DNA from: an uncultured Gammaproteobacteria bacterium
GTDB lineage: Bacteria > Pseudomonadota > Gammaproteobacteria > GCA-001735895
NCBI GenBank assembly: GCA_964196225.1
Contig: CAXMSP010000009.1
Coordinates: 13,571-77,570 of the forward strand
Length of the DNA: 64,000 bases
Direction: 5' to 3'
The notes under the pieces were generated by a model. The model saw nothing but the letters and a program-made list of their open reading frames with translations, was not told where the DNA came from and made no database searches. Position numbers and translations under genes: made by a program. Positions 20,580-30,890 of this stretch are shown here, piece by piece. The stretch's first letter is position 1, and every line of letters begins with the position of its first letter.

Positions 20580-22271
20580 CTACAGTTCGATAGCGCCGAG
20601 ATTCAGGTCATGCTCACGCGCGCACTGTTTGGCGATGTCGTAGCCGGCGTCGGCATGCCGCATGACCCCGCTGGCGGGATCGTTCCACAACACGCGCTTG
20701 ATGCGCGCCTCGGCGGCATCGGTGCCGTCGCAGCAGATCACCAGGCCCGCATGTTGCGCATAACCCATGCCCACGCCACCGCCGTGATGGAACGAAACCC
20801 AGGTCGCACCACCCGAGGTGCTCAACAACAGGTTTAGCAGCGCCCAGTCGGAAACCGCGTCGGAGCCGTCCAGCATCGCCTCGGTTTCACGGTTCGGGCT
20901 CGCCACAGATCCTGAATCGAGATGATCTCGGCCGATGACAATCGGGGCTTTCAGCTCACCGGATTTGACCATGTCGTTGAACGCAACACCGAGTCGATCA
21001 CGATCACCGAGCCCCACCCAGCAGATGCGTGCAGGCAGGCCCTGGAAACTGATGCGGCTCTGCGCCATGTCGAGCCAGTTGTGCAGATGCGGATCGTCCG
21101 GGATCAGTTCCTTGACCCTGGCATCGGTCTTGTAGATATCTTCAGGATCACCGGATAGCGCGACCCAGCGAAACGGGCCGATCCCCCTGCAAAACAGGGG
21201 TCGTATGTAGGCCGGCACAAATCCGGGAAAATCAAACGCTTTTTTTACACCCTGATCAAACGCTTCCTGGCGAATATTGTTGCCGTAGTCGACCGTCGCA
21301 ATGCCCTGGTCGTGAAAATCGAGCATTGCCTGCACGTGGACTGCCATCGATTTACGCGCTTCTGCAGCGACCAGCTCGGGATCAGTATTACGTTTCAGTG
21401 TCCACTGCTCCATGGTCCAGCCGATCGGCAGGTAGCCGTTAACCGGATCATGCGCCGAGGTCTGGTCGGTTACGATATCTGGCTTGACGCCACGCCTGAC
21501 CAGCTCGGGCAGGATTTCTCCACCGTTGCCGAGCAGGCCCACGGACAGGGCTTCACCTTTGGCGCAAGCGTCGTCGATCATTTGCAACGCTTCATCGAGC
21601 GATGCGGCCCTTTTATCGAGATACTTAGTGCGTAAGCGAAAATCGATGCGCGCCTCGTCACACTCGATACAGAGCATGCTGTAACCGGCCATGGTGGCGG
21701 CAAGCGGTTGCGCACCACCCATGCCACCGAGGCCCGACGTCAGAATCCACTTGCCGCGGGTGTCGCCTTCGAAATGCTGGCGACCGGCCTCGACGAAGGT
21801 TTCATAGGTTCCCTGTACGATCCCCTGGCTACCGATATAAATCCACGAACCCGCGGTCATCTGGCCGAACATCATCAAACCCTTGCGGTCGAGTTCGTTA
21901 AAATGTTCCCAGTTGGCCCAATGCGGTACCAGGTTGGAATTTGCGATTAACACGCGTGGCGCGTCGACATGCGTCTTGAATACGCCGACCGGCTTGCCCG
22001 ACTGCACCAGCAGGCTTTCATCGTCATTGAGCTCCCTCAGGCACTCGAGAATTTTGTCGTAGCACTCCCAGTTACGAGCAGCGCGGCCGATACCACCGTA
22101 AACGATTAACTGCTCGGGTTTTTCCGCAACTTCAGGGTCAAGATTATTCTGAATCATGCGGTAAGGCGCTTCGGTGAGCCAGCTCTTACAGCTCAGTTCT
22201 GTACCACGCGGCGCGCGGATTTTACGGCTGTTGTCAGTTCGGTCTAAAGGCATTTTAGTATCCTCATACAA
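20580..22271 (-). CDS. hutU: urocanate hydratase
   Basis: 563 aa with near-universal HutU blocks ([19 protein letters not shown]). Confidence 0.97.
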   Translation of the reverse strand: MYEDTKMPLDRTDNSRKIRAPRGTELSCKSWLTEAPYRMIQNNLDPEVAEKPEQLIVYGGIGRAARNWECYDKILECLRELNDDESLLVQSGKPVGVFKTHVDAPRVLIANSNLVPHWANWEHFNELDRKGLMMFGQMTAGSWIYIGSQGIVQGTYETFVEAGRQHFEGDTRGKWILTSGLGGMGGAQPLAATMAGYSMLCIECDEARIDFRLRTKYLDKRAASLDEALQMIDDACAKGEALSVGLLGNGGEILPELVRRGVKPDIVTDQTSAHDPVNGYLPIGWTMEQWTLKRNTDPELVAAEARKSMAVHVQAMLDFHDQGIATVDYGNNIRQEAFDQGVKKAFDFPGFVPAYIRPLFCRGIGPFRWVALSGDPEDIYKTDARVKELIPDDPHLHNWLDMAQSRISFQGLPARICWVGLGDRDRLGVAFNDMVKSGELKAPIVIGRDHLDSGSVASPNRETEAMLDGSDAVSDWALLNLLLSTSGGATWVSFHHGGGVGMGYAQHAGLVICCDGTDAAEARIKRVLWNDPASGVMRHADAGYDIAKQCAREHDLNLGAIEL

Positions 22272-22276
22272 GGCTG

Positions 22277-23038
22277 CTAACGCAGCTGGTATTCATTAGT
22301 GGCATAACGCGCACCGAGTTCGTGGCGGTTGCCCGGGTAGGTTAAAGTCACGTAGGTCACGACCTGGTCATCGCTCCAGGTGCGACGAGTCAGTCGCAGG
22401 CAGGGCTCCCCGTCCTCCATCGTCAGCAGTTCACGCTCTGCCCGCTCGGGCATCACTGCCCGCACCCGATGCTCCATTTCGTCGGGTTTGAATTGCTGCA
22501 ACAAGTAAGCTGTGGCGGTAACGTCGGTAAAGTCCTGGTCAATGAACTTCGGCATTACTGCCGGGTTCACATAGCGTGATTCGAGCTGAATCGGCAAGTC
22601 ATCCTGGAGGTGCACGGCGCGCAGGTAATAAACCTGGCTGGCCACGGGCAACTCAAACTGTGCAGCGATTTCCGGCGACGCAGCGACCGTATCGAGACTG
22701 AGCACCTGCGAACTGTGGCGCTTACCATCCTGTTCAATTTCGAGCGCAATATCCTGTAACTCAATCAGGCTCGCGTGGCGCGGTGCTTCAGCGACGAATG
22801 AACCCAGCCCGTGCACGCGCTTGATCAGCCCCTGCTGGGTCAGTTCTCGCAGCGCGCGGTTAATCGTCATTCGGCTCACATCGAGCGCAACCACGAGATC
22901 GTTTTCGGAAGGCAGTTTCTGGCCCGCGATCCAGTCACCGCTTTCAATGCGCCGCTGAATGGTTTTCTTGATCTGTTGATAAATCGGCTCGGGCGCGGCC
23001 TTGCTGATATTATCGAAACTGTCGAGAATTGCGTTCAT
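22277..23038 (-). CDS. hutC: histidine utilisation repressor (GntR/HutC family)
   Basis: N-terminal GntR wHTH ([24 protein letters not shown]) plus a UTRA domain. The ATG at 23038, with aacagga upstream, is preferred over the longer ORF start at 23074, which overlaps hutI. Confidence 0.9.
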   Translation of the reverse strand: MNAILDSFDNISKAAPEPIYQQIKKTIQRRIESGDWIAGQKLPSENDLVVALDVSRMTINRALRELTQQGLIKRVHGLGSFVAEAPRHASLIELQDIALEIEQDGKRHSSQVLSLDTVAASPEIAAQFELPVASQVYYLRAVHLQDDLPIQLESRYVNPAVMPKFIDQDFTDVTATAYLLQQFKPDEMEHRVRAVMPERAERELLTMEDGEPCLRLTRRTWSDDQVVTYVTLTYPGNRHELGARYATNEYQLR

Positions 23039-23042
23039 CCTG

Positions 23043-24263
23043 TTACCCGTCGCTTCGCCCGCGCCACTTACCACCCTGCATTACCGCACGGCAGGGGTTC
23101 ATGCCAACGCGATAACTCAGCAGTGACGGTCGGTCTGCATCCCAAATCACGATATCGGCCTGCTTTCCCGTTTCGAGAGAACCAATCTCCTGTGCCATGC
23201 CGAGAGCACGGGCAGCATTCAGGGTTACGCCGCGTAAGGCTTCTGCGGGAGTCAGGCGAAACAAGGTACAGGCCATATTCATAATCAGTAATAACGAGTG
23301 CACTGGAGAACTGCCCGGATTGGCATCGCTCGCCAGCGCAATCGGAACACCTTGTTCGCGTAACGCCGTGATCGGGGGCAGCTGTTGTTCACGTAAAAAA
23401 TAGAAGGCACCCGGCAACAAAACCGCCACGCTTTTTGCCTGTGCGAGCATCGCAACATCTTCATTGTTTAAATACTCGAGATGATCCACCGAGAGTGCAC
23501 CGCGAGCGGCGGCCATGGCGGCACCGCCCAAGTCGCTGAGCTGTTCGACATGCGCCTTGACCGGTATTTCCAGCTCCTGCGCACGCGCCAGCACACGCTC
23601 ACCCTGCGCAACACTGAATGCGATCGATTCGATAAACACGTCGACAGCATCGACGAGACCTTCGGCATGCGCCCGCGGCAGCATTTCGTCGCAAACCAAC
23701 GATATATAATCGTCGCTGCGTCCCTCAAATTCAGGCGGCAACGCGTGTGCCCCAAGAAAGGTCTTCTGGATGCGCAGTCCCAGTTCAGTTTCAAGCTGGC
23801 CTGCAACACGCAACATTTTGATTTCATTGTCACTGTCGAGACCGTAGCCCGATTTAATTTCGAGTGTGGTCACGCCCTCACTCATCAACTGCCGTAATCG
23901 TGGTAAAGCCTGTTCGAATAATTCATCGGTGCTGGCGGCACGGGTTGCATTGACGGTCGACACGATTCCGCCACCAGAGGACGCGATTTCGGCATAACTC
24001 GCACCTTCGAGGCGCCGTTCGAATTCATCAGCTCGATCACCGCCGTAAACCAGGTGGGTGTGGCAATCGATCAAACCCGGGGTCAGCAAGCGGTGAGCGC
24101 AGTCGACAATCTCGGCATCGGAGGTCTTAGGACGCTCTGCCATCGGTCCCAACCAGGCAATTTGATCGTTTTCGACCAACAACGAAAAGTCATTACGCAG
24201 GCCATAACCGGAATCACCATCGATACAGGCGAGGGTTGCATTGGTAAACAAGGTTTGAGACAT
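23043..24263 (-). CDS. hutI: imidazolonepropionase
   Basis: 406-aa amidohydrolase with the metal ligand motif DCHTHLVY and HutI-type blocks. Confidence 0.95.
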   Translation of the reverse strand: MSQTLFTNATLACIDGDSGYGLRNDFSLLVENDQIAWLGPMAERPKTSDAEIVDCAHRLLTPGLIDCHTHLVYGGDRADEFERRLEGASYAEIASSGGGIVSTVNATRAASTDELFEQALPRLRQLMSEGVTTLEIKSGYGLDSDNEIKMLRVAGQLETELGLRIQKTFLGAHALPPEFEGRSDDYISLVCDEMLPRAHAEGLVDAVDVFIESIAFSVAQGERVLARAQELEIPVKAHVEQLSDLGGAAMAAARGALSVDHLEYLNNEDVAMLAQAKSVAVLLPGAFYFLREQQLPPITALREQGVPIALASDANPGSSPVHSLLLIMNMACTLFRLTPAEALRGVTLNAARALGMAQEIGSLETGKQADIVIWDADRPSLLSYRVGMNPCRAVMQGGKWRGRSDG

Positions 24264-24280
24264 TAACGTTATCGTGCGCT

Positions 24281-24300
24281 ATACTTGTATATACAAGTAT
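24281..24300. promoter_or_regulatory. probable HutC operator in the divergent hutI / hutF promoter region
   Basis: Perfect 20-bp palindrome atacttgtat|atacaagtat. Its core CTTGTATATACAAG matches the Pseudomonas-type hut operator (TGTA-N-TACA). Confidence 0.7.
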
Positions 24301-24340
24301 GTTACGCTGATTTTTGCGCTTTTGCAAGGCAGGTTCACAT

Positions 24341-25705
24341 ATGACAGGCAAGATCTGGGCAAACTCGGCGCTGCTGGCGAACGGCTGGGCTGACTCGGTC
24401 GAAATCAAGATAGACGCAACGGGAAATATCGCAACGATTTCACCGAACCTGCCCTATTCGGATGGCGACAGGGTTGAAGTATTGATCCCGGCTATTCCAA
24501 ATGTGCATTCGCATGCGCATCAACGCGCCATGGCAGGACTGGGCGAACGTGCGGGCGACACCCAGGACAGCTTCTGGACCTGGCGCAAGGTGATGTATCA
24601 CTACCTGGAGCGTATTCAGCCGGATAACTTGTTCCATATCGCGGCACAACTTTACCTGGAGATGCTTAAAGCCGGGTATAGCTGCGTTGGTGAATTCCAG
24701 TACCTGCACCATGATCTGAACGGCCAGGCATACGACAATCGTGCCGAAATGAGTTTGCAGTGCCTGCAGGCAGCAACCGGGGTTGGTATCGGTTTTACCG
24801 CATTACCGGTACTTTATCGATATGGCGGCTTTGGCAGCGCGGTAGCGCTCGACGGCCAAAAGCGATTTCTCAACGATGCCGATGGTTTTATCGAGATTGT
24901 TAAAAGCCTGCAATCAGCCACCACTAACGATGCCAATTGCTCGGTTGGAATCGCACCCCATTCGCTACGCGCGATTAACCGGGACCTGTTAGCTGAAGTT
25001 ATTGCGTCACTCGAGAATCTTGCCGCAATACACGTGCATGTTGCCGAACAAAGCAAAGAAGTTGATGACTGCCTGGACTGGTCTGGGAAGCGTCCGATCG
25101 AATGGTTATTTGAAAATTTTGATGTCGACCAGAAATGGTGTCTAATCCACGCCACCCATATTAATGAACAGGAAACAGCAGCTATGGCTGGCAGCGGTTG
25201 CGTCGCCGGTCTGTGCCCGACCACCGAAGCCAATCTCGGTGACGGCTTTTTCAATGCGCGCGAATATTTTGCGCGGCGAGGTTGTTGGGCCATCGGTTCC
25301 GACAGTCACATTTCGATTGACCCGGTAGAAGAACTGCGTTGGCTGGAGTACGGTATGCGACTACAAACCCGGGGTCGTAACGTTCTGGTATCTGACGCTA
25401 GCGCAAACACCGGCCGCAACCTGCTCGATGGTGCACTTGCGGGTGGTGCTCAGGCCTGTGGTCGTAACATCGGCAGTATCGCCGAGGGTTATCGGGCTGA
25501 TTTCGTGGTGCTGGATCACGAACACCCTCGCCTGTACGGACGCAGTAAAGATGACTTGATCGATAGCTGGATTTTTTCCGGTAATTCGAACCTGGTACGC
25601 GATGTTTATATCGGCGGCAACAAGATTATCGACAATGGTCATCACGCCGATGAAGATACAATAGCGCGTAATTATCGAAACACTCTGGATCAGCTGGCAA
25701 ATTAG
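24341..25705 (+). CDS. hutF: formimidoylglutamate deiminase
   Basis: Amidohydrolase with [15 protein letters not shown]...DSFWTWR, typical of HutF. The ATG at 24341 is preferred over the upstream alternative start at 24314. Confidence 0.88.
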   Translation: MTGKIWANSALLANGWADSVEIKIDATGNIATISPNLPYSDGDRVEVLIPAIPNVHSHAHQRAMAGLGERAGDTQDSFWTWRKVMYHYLERIQPDNLFHIAAQLYLEMLKAGYSCVGEFQYLHHDLNGQAYDNRAEMSLQCLQAATGVGIGFTALPVLYRYGGFGSAVALDGQKRFLNDADGFIEIVKSLQSATTNDANCSVGIAPHSLRAINRDLLAEVIASLENLAAIHVHVAEQSKEVDDCLDWSGKRPIEWLFENFDVDQKWCLIHATHINEQETAAMAGSGCVAGLCPTTEANLGDGFFNAREYFARRGCWAIGSDSHISIDPVEELRWLEYGMRLQTRGRNVLVSDASANTGRNLLDGALAGGAQACGRNIGSIAEGYRADFVVLDHEHPRLYGRSKDDLIDSWIFSGNSNLVRDVYIGGNKIIDNGHHADEDTIARNYRNTLDQLAN

Positions 25706-25716
25706 AGGGGATTGAA

Positions 25717-27264
25717 TTGACCAAGGCACTGACACTGACTCCGGGTGAAGCGCGCATTGCGGATTTGCGCCGAATCTACCGCAGTGACATACCCGTACGC
25801 ATCGACGAAGCCTGTAAATCGCGGGTCGACGCTGCTGCCAAAATTGTTACCGACGCGGCCCGGGGCGACAAGCCGGTCTACGGCATCAACACCGGCTTCG
25901 GCAAACTCGCGAGCACGCATATTGCGTCCGCAAAAACCGTGCAACTACAGCGCAACCTGGTTTTGTCACACTGCTGCGGGGTTGGCGAGCCGTTACCGCG
26001 CGAAGTGGTGCGCCTGATCATAGCGCTGAAAATGTTATCGCTGGGACGCGGGGCTTCGGGTGTCCGTTGGGACCTGATCCTGCGCCTGCAGACTTTTCTA
26101 CAGCTCGACATAATTCCGGTAATTCCAGGGCAGGGGTCGGTCGGCGCCTCAGGAGACCTGGCCCCGCTCGCGCACTTAACCGCAACGATAATTGGTGAAG
26201 GTTTCGTGGTTTACCAGGAAAAAACCATGCCAGCTGCCGAAGCGCTTAAAGCGGTAAAGCTGGAACCACTAAAGCTGGGACCAAAAGAAGGCCTTGGCAT
26301 GATCAATGGTACCCAGGTATCGACCGCGCTCGCGCTCGCGGGCCTGTTCGACGCCTGGAGTCTTGCGCAAACCGCGTTGATTTCAGGCGCACTCACGACC
26401 GATGCCTTGATGAATTCGCCCGCACCTTTTCGACCCGAAATCCATGAGCTCAGAGGCCTGCAGGGGCAGATCGATGTCGCGCATTGCCTGCGTGCATTGC
26501 TTGGGGGGTCCAAAATCCGGGAATCTCACCGCGATGACGACGAACGCGTGCAGGATCCTTACAGCATTCGCTGCCAGCCGCAGGTAATGGGCGCCTGCCT
26601 CGACCAGTTTCGGCAAGTGGCGCATACGCTTGAAATCGAAGCGAATGCGGTGACCGACAACCCGATAGTGGTGGTCGAAGACGGGTCGATTCTGTCCGGT
26701 GGTAATTTCCACGCCGAACCGGTGGCTTTCGGGGCCGATCAATGCGCGCTCGCGATTTCCGAGATCGGTTCTATCGCCCAGCGCCGCATCGCGAATACCG
26801 TGGACCCGGCGCAAAGCTTTGGCCTGCCCGCGTTCCTTTCGCCTGATCCAGGGCTCAATTCGGGATTCATGATCGCCGAGGTCACATCGGCCGCGTTAAT
26901 GGCCGAAAACAAGCAGCGCGCCATGCCCTGCTCACTGGATTCAACCCCGACCAGTGCCAACCAGGAAGATCATGTATCCATGGCCTGCCACGGCGCACGT
27001 CGGCTCACTGAAATGAACCACAACCTCGCCCATATTATTGCGATCGAGCTGCTGGTCGGTGTCCAGGGCGTGGAATTTCGCGCGCCAATCGAAACCAGCG
27101 CGCGCCTGCGCGAGGTCATGAAAAAGGTTCGCGCTCATGTGGCAGCGCTTGAGGAAGATCGCTACCTGGCTAATGACATCGCCGAGATTAAGCAAATGGT
27201 TATGGATAGAAGCATCATTGCTTCACTGGGTGAAATCGGCTTATTGCCCCAGCTCGATCCATGA
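25717..27264 (+). CDS. hutH: histidine ammonia-lyase
   Basis: 515 aa with the MIO-forming [14 protein letters not shown] motif. TTG start. Confidence 0.97.
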   Translation: MTKALTLTPGEARIADLRRIYRSDIPVRIDEACKSRVDAAAKIVTDAARGDKPVYGINTGFGKLASTHIASAKTVQLQRNLVLSHCCGVGEPLPREVVRLIIALKMLSLGRGASGVRWDLILRLQTFLQLDIIPVIPGQGSVGASGDLAPLAHLTATIIGEGFVVYQEKTMPAAEALKAVKLEPLKLGPKEGLGMINGTQVSTALALAGLFDAWSLAQTALISGALTTDALMNSPAPFRPEIHELRGLQGQIDVAHCLRALLGGSKIRESHRDDDERVQDPYSIRCQPQVMGACLDQFRQVAHTLEIEANAVTDNPIVVVEDGSILSGGNFHAEPVAFGADQCALAISEIGSIAQRRIANTVDPAQSFGLPAFLSPDPGLNSGFMIAEVTSAALMAENKQRAMPCSLDSTPTSANQEDHVSMACHGARRLTEMNHNLAHIIAIELLVGVQGVEFRAPIETSARLREVMKKVRAHVAALEEDRYLANDIAEIKQMVMDRSIIASLGEIGLLPQLDP

Positions 27265-28043
27265 AACCTGATATCAAGCCGGGCGATGGTCCATTACTAC
27301 TCGCTCAGCCTCACGGCGGTACCGTAATACCCGATTCAATCCTGGCCCGACTCAACCACCATGGCCTGACCAGGGCCGATACCGATTGGCACATCAGCCG
27401 CCTCTATGCAGATTTGCTCAACAATACCACCATCGTCAGCACCTCGATACATCGTTACGTCATCGATGCGAATCGCGACCCGGCCGACGAGTCACTTTAC
27501 CCCGGGCAAAACACGACCAGCCTGTGCCCGACCACGACTTTTGACGGTGACGAAATATACCTCGACGGACAAGCGCCTTCGCGGGACGAGATAAATCAAC
27601 GACAGCAGCTATATCACCAGCCTTATCACGACGCGCTGCGTGAACAACTCGAGCGAATTCACCAGAGGTTCGGCTACGTCATACTTTACGACTGCCATTC
27701 GATACGTTCACTCGTACCCTATTTATTCGAGGGGCAATTGCCCGACTTTAATATCGGCACCAACAACGGCAGTAGCTGTGATGCAACAATCGAATCCGCG
27801 GTTTACAGTGCCTGCACTCGAGCCTCAGGATATCGCACCGTAGCGAATGACCGATTCAAGGGGGGCTGGACCACGCGACACTATGGCGAGCCAGGGCGTG
27901 GATTTCATGCTATCCAGATGGAGCTGGCGCAATGTAATTATATGGTCGAGGCGCCGCAGTGGCATTACCTTGATGACAAGGCTGACGAACTTCGTGTTAT
28001 TCTTGGCGATATCCTGAAAACCCTGACCAAAATCCTGGACTAG
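27261..28043 (+). CDS. hutG: N-formylglutamate amidohydrolase
   Basis: 260 aa in the FGase family. Overlaps the hutH stop by 4 nt. Confidence 0.9.
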   Translation: MKPDIKPGDGPLLLAQPHGGTVIPDSILARLNHHGLTRADTDWHISRLYADLLNNTTIVSTSIHRYVIDANRDPADESLYPGQNTTSLCPTTTFDGDEIYLDGQAPSRDEINQRQQLYHQPYHDALREQLERIHQRFGYVILYDCHSIRSLVPYLFEGQLPDFNIGTNNGSSCDATIESAVYSACTRASGYRTVANDRFKGGWTTRHYGEPGRGFHAIQMELAQCNYMVEAPQWHYLDDKADELRVILGDILKTLTKILD

Positions 28044-28055
28044 ATCCTTCCATCA

Positions 28056-28667
28056 ATGCTGCAGATCATCAAAGACCCGATTGGCAGGGGAAAAGAACGA
28101 GCCTGCTATGTTCACCCCGACGACCCGCGCAAGGCGATTAAGATTTCAATGGGTGAAATCAGCACGCAATCGAAACGCGAAATCAAGTTTTATCGCAAGT
28201 TACAAAAGCGTGGTGACGTTGATGAAAAGCATATCCCGAGGTTTTACGGCCTGTGCGAGACCAACCTCGGGCAGGGTATCGTTGTCGACTTGATTCGTAA
28301 CTACGATGGCGAGGTTTCTAGACCGCTGAACTGGTATCTCGCCCAGGGTTGTCTGATCGAGGAATTTGAACCTAGCCTGGATGAACTGAAACACTCGTTT
28401 CTGCAAAACCTGATCATATTTAATCATGACATGACCATTGGTAACCTGCTGGTACAGAAATTCTCGACGCGCAAGACGCGACTGGTCGCAATCGATGGCC
28501 TCGGCGACGTGACCGCACTCGACTGGTTGGACTTTTTCCCGTTCCTGGTAAAGCGCAAAATCCGGCGCCGCTGGGCTCGATTCATGGCTCGTGTCTATCG
28601 CACTCGTGAAGTTCGCCTGCAACGCGAAGCAACGGATACCGAATCACCGTCAGGCAATCAGCCATAA
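28056..28667 (+). CDS. YrbL-family (PhoP regulatory network protein YrbL, kinase-like fold) protein
   Basis: 203 aa. The N-terminal IGRGKERACYVHPDDPRKAIKI and overall pattern resemble the YrbL family. Starts 12 nt after hutG. Confidence 0.65.
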   Translation: MLQIIKDPIGRGKERACYVHPDDPRKAIKISMGEISTQSKREIKFYRKLQKRGDVDEKHIPRFYGLCETNLGQGIVVDLIRNYDGEVSRPLNWYLAQGCLIEEFEPSLDELKHSFLQNLIIFNHDMTIGNLLVQKFSTRKTRLVAIDGLGDVTALDWLDFFPFLVKRKIRRRWARFMARVYRTREVRLQREATDTESPSGNQP

Positions 28668-28706
28668 AACCTGAGCTGAATCTGGTATTACCTGAAAAGC
28701 ATTGAA

Positions 28707-30074
28707 ATGAAAACGCTATTTCATCAAAGCCTTTATCAATTTGACCAGGCACAGCCGTCGTACTGGGAGGCGACCGCGGGTAGCTCGAAATTGAAAAGCG
28801 AAACGCTTTCAGGGACGCAAAGTTGCGATGTCGCGATCATCGGGGGCGGGTATACCGGGCTTTCTGCAGCATTGCACCTGGCGCGCGATTTCAGCGTCGA
28901 TGTATGCCTGCTCGAGGCTGGACACATTGGCTGGGGTGCTTCGGGACGCAATGGTGGCTTTTGTACCATGGGTGCCACCAAGGTCTCATTAAAATCCCAG
29001 TTGGACAGGTTCGGCGTCGAGCAAACCCGCAGCTTCCATCAAAGCCAGGTAGAAGCGGTAAATCTCGTGCGCGCATTGGGCGAGGATGAAAGTATTGACT
29101 ACCTGCCCCAGGGTGACTGCGAGTTCACCGTTGCCGACAGCCATGCGCATTTCGTCAAACTGCAGAAACGGGCAGAACTCGAACAGACGCTGCTAGGTCT
29201 CGAAGTCACTGTTCATAACCAGGATGAGTTTCGCGAGATCGGCTACGACTCACCCCACCAACACGGCGCGATAGCGCTCAGGCCTTCGTTTGCACTTCAC
29301 CCGTTACGCTATGCCCGTGGGCTTGCCGCGGCCGCCGAACGCAGGGGTGCTCGAATCCATGCGCACAGCGAGGTAATGCACTGGCACAAGCAGGGGGATG
29401 GCAGTCATTTGCTAGAAACTGCTCATGGCAGTCTGCGCGCCAAACAGGTTATTCTGACCGGTAATGGTTTCATGCCTGAGCATTTGCATCGTGGTGTTCA
29501 AGACAGGCCTTTACCCGTGCAAAGCGCCATTGTCGTCACCCGCCCGATGAGCGAGGCCGAGTTACAGCAAAAGGGCTGGCATACCGAAAATCCGACGATT
29601 AACTCGAAGCACATGTTTTTCTACTATCGCCTGCTGAGCGATAGACGCTTCATGCTCGGTGGTCGCGCCAATCATATCGGCGACCCGGCGGGAGCCGAAC
29701 AGACCTTCCGTGGGCTTAAGCAATCGATTGCCAGCATGTGGCCGCAATTTGCCGATATCGAGTACACCCATCAATGGCGCGGACTGGTTTGCTTCGCGCT
29801 GAATTTGCGGCCTTCGATCGGCAGAATGCCCGAGGATAAGTCAGTTTTTTTTGCTTACGGCTACCATGGCAACGGGGTCAACAGCGCTACCTGGAGCGGC
29901 AGAGAACTGGCCAGATGGCTGGCCGGGGAAAAATCCGGAGGCTCTTTGTTGCCAACACACTTACCCGCCATCATTCGCGGCAGGCCACCCAAATTTCCAC
30001 TCGCGTTTTTACGCCGCCAATATGTTCGAGCTGGCCTAAGTTTTTACAGCCTGCGCGATCGGTTCAATTTTTAA
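28707..30074 (+). CDS. FAD-dependent oxidoreductase (DAO family, gamma-glutamylputrescine oxidase-like)
   Basis: 455 aa with the N-terminal dinucleotide-binding motif DVAIIGGGYTGLSAAL. Confidence 0.85.
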   Translation: MKTLFHQSLYQFDQAQPSYWEATAGSSKLKSETLSGTQSCDVAIIGGGYTGLSAALHLARDFSVDVCLLEAGHIGWGASGRNGGFCTMGATKVSLKSQLDRFGVEQTRSFHQSQVEAVNLVRALGEDESIDYLPQGDCEFTVADSHAHFVKLQKRAELEQTLLGLEVTVHNQDEFREIGYDSPHQHGAIALRPSFALHPLRYARGLAAAAERRGARIHAHSEVMHWHKQGDGSHLLETAHGSLRAKQVILTGNGFMPEHLHRGVQDRPLPVQSAIVVTRPMSEAELQQKGWHTENPTINSKHMFFYYRLLSDRRFMLGGRANHIGDPAGAEQTFRGLKQSIASMWPQFADIEYTHQWRGLVCFALNLRPSIGRMPEDKSVFFAYGYHGNGVNSATWSGRELARWLAGEKSGGSLLPTHLPAIIRGRPPKFPLAFLRRQYVRAGLSFYSLRDRFNF

Positions 30075-30077
30075 CGA

Positions 30078-30830
30078 TTGCGCAACATGGATTTTCTCAA
30101 TATCAGCTTAAGCGGCGAGCCAGGCATGGCAATTGTAGCCATCGTCGCGTTCGGCGCCGGATTGATCCGTGGATTCACCGGTTTCGGTGGCCCCGCGTTT
30201 ATCCTCGCGATTCTGACCCTGTTTTTTACGCCCTATAGCATCGTGTCGAAAATCCTGGTGGTGGATTTTATTGCGAGCGTGTACCTGTTCAAGGCGGTTC
30301 ACCGGGAAATCGACTGGCGCGCAACCGCGTCGATGGTGATTCCTACCCTGGTATGTATGCCGCTCGGCCATTGGCTACTGATCGAACTTGACCCGCTCTG
30401 GATGAAACGCGCAATGGCGCTGATAATTGCAACCGCCTGCGTCATGATGCTGGTGGGATTTCGCTACCGGCATCCAATGACAACTCACTGGCTGATTTTT
30501 GTCGGGGTCTGTGCCGGTATCGTTTTTGGCGGCAGTTACATCGCGCTGGTCGCAGTCGTGTTTATCCTGCTCGGCCCTTATGACAAGCATCAGGGACGGA
30601 CCCTGATTATCTCCTGGTCGTTTTTTGCGGTGCTCGGCTTCGCCCTGATTTCTGCGCTTAGCGGCACCACCGGTGTCGATGACGTAATCGCAGCCGCACC
30701 CGGTGCAGTAACTTATTTGCTGGGTACATGGATGGGTTCACACGGGTTTCGCAAATCAAGCGAAAAGGTTTTTCGCCGCGCTGCAATCGCGGTACTGTTA
30801 TGCCTCGCGATATTTAACCTGGCTATTTAG
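30078..30830 (+). CDS. TauE/SafE-family anion exporter membrane protein
   Basis: 250 aa with about 7-8 TM segments and a TauE-like N-terminal block (GFTGFGGPAF). The true start may be the ATG at 30087. Confidence 0.78.
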   Translation: MRNMDFLNISLSGEPGMAIVAIVAFGAGLIRGFTGFGGPAFILAILTLFFTPYSIVSKILVVDFIASVYLFKAVHREIDWRATASMVIPTLVCMPLGHWLLIELDPLWMKRAMALIIATACVMMLVGFRYRHPMTTHWLIFVGVCAGIVFGGSYIALVAVVFILLGPYDKHQGRTLIISWSFFAVLGFALISALSGTTGVDDVIAAAPGAVTYLLGTWMGSHGFRKSSEKVFRRAAIAVLLCLAIFNLAI

Positions 30831-30890
30831 TCAATCACCGACATTTTGATCCCTGATCGGGTAGAATCGCGCCCCTACCCGGATTTCAAC

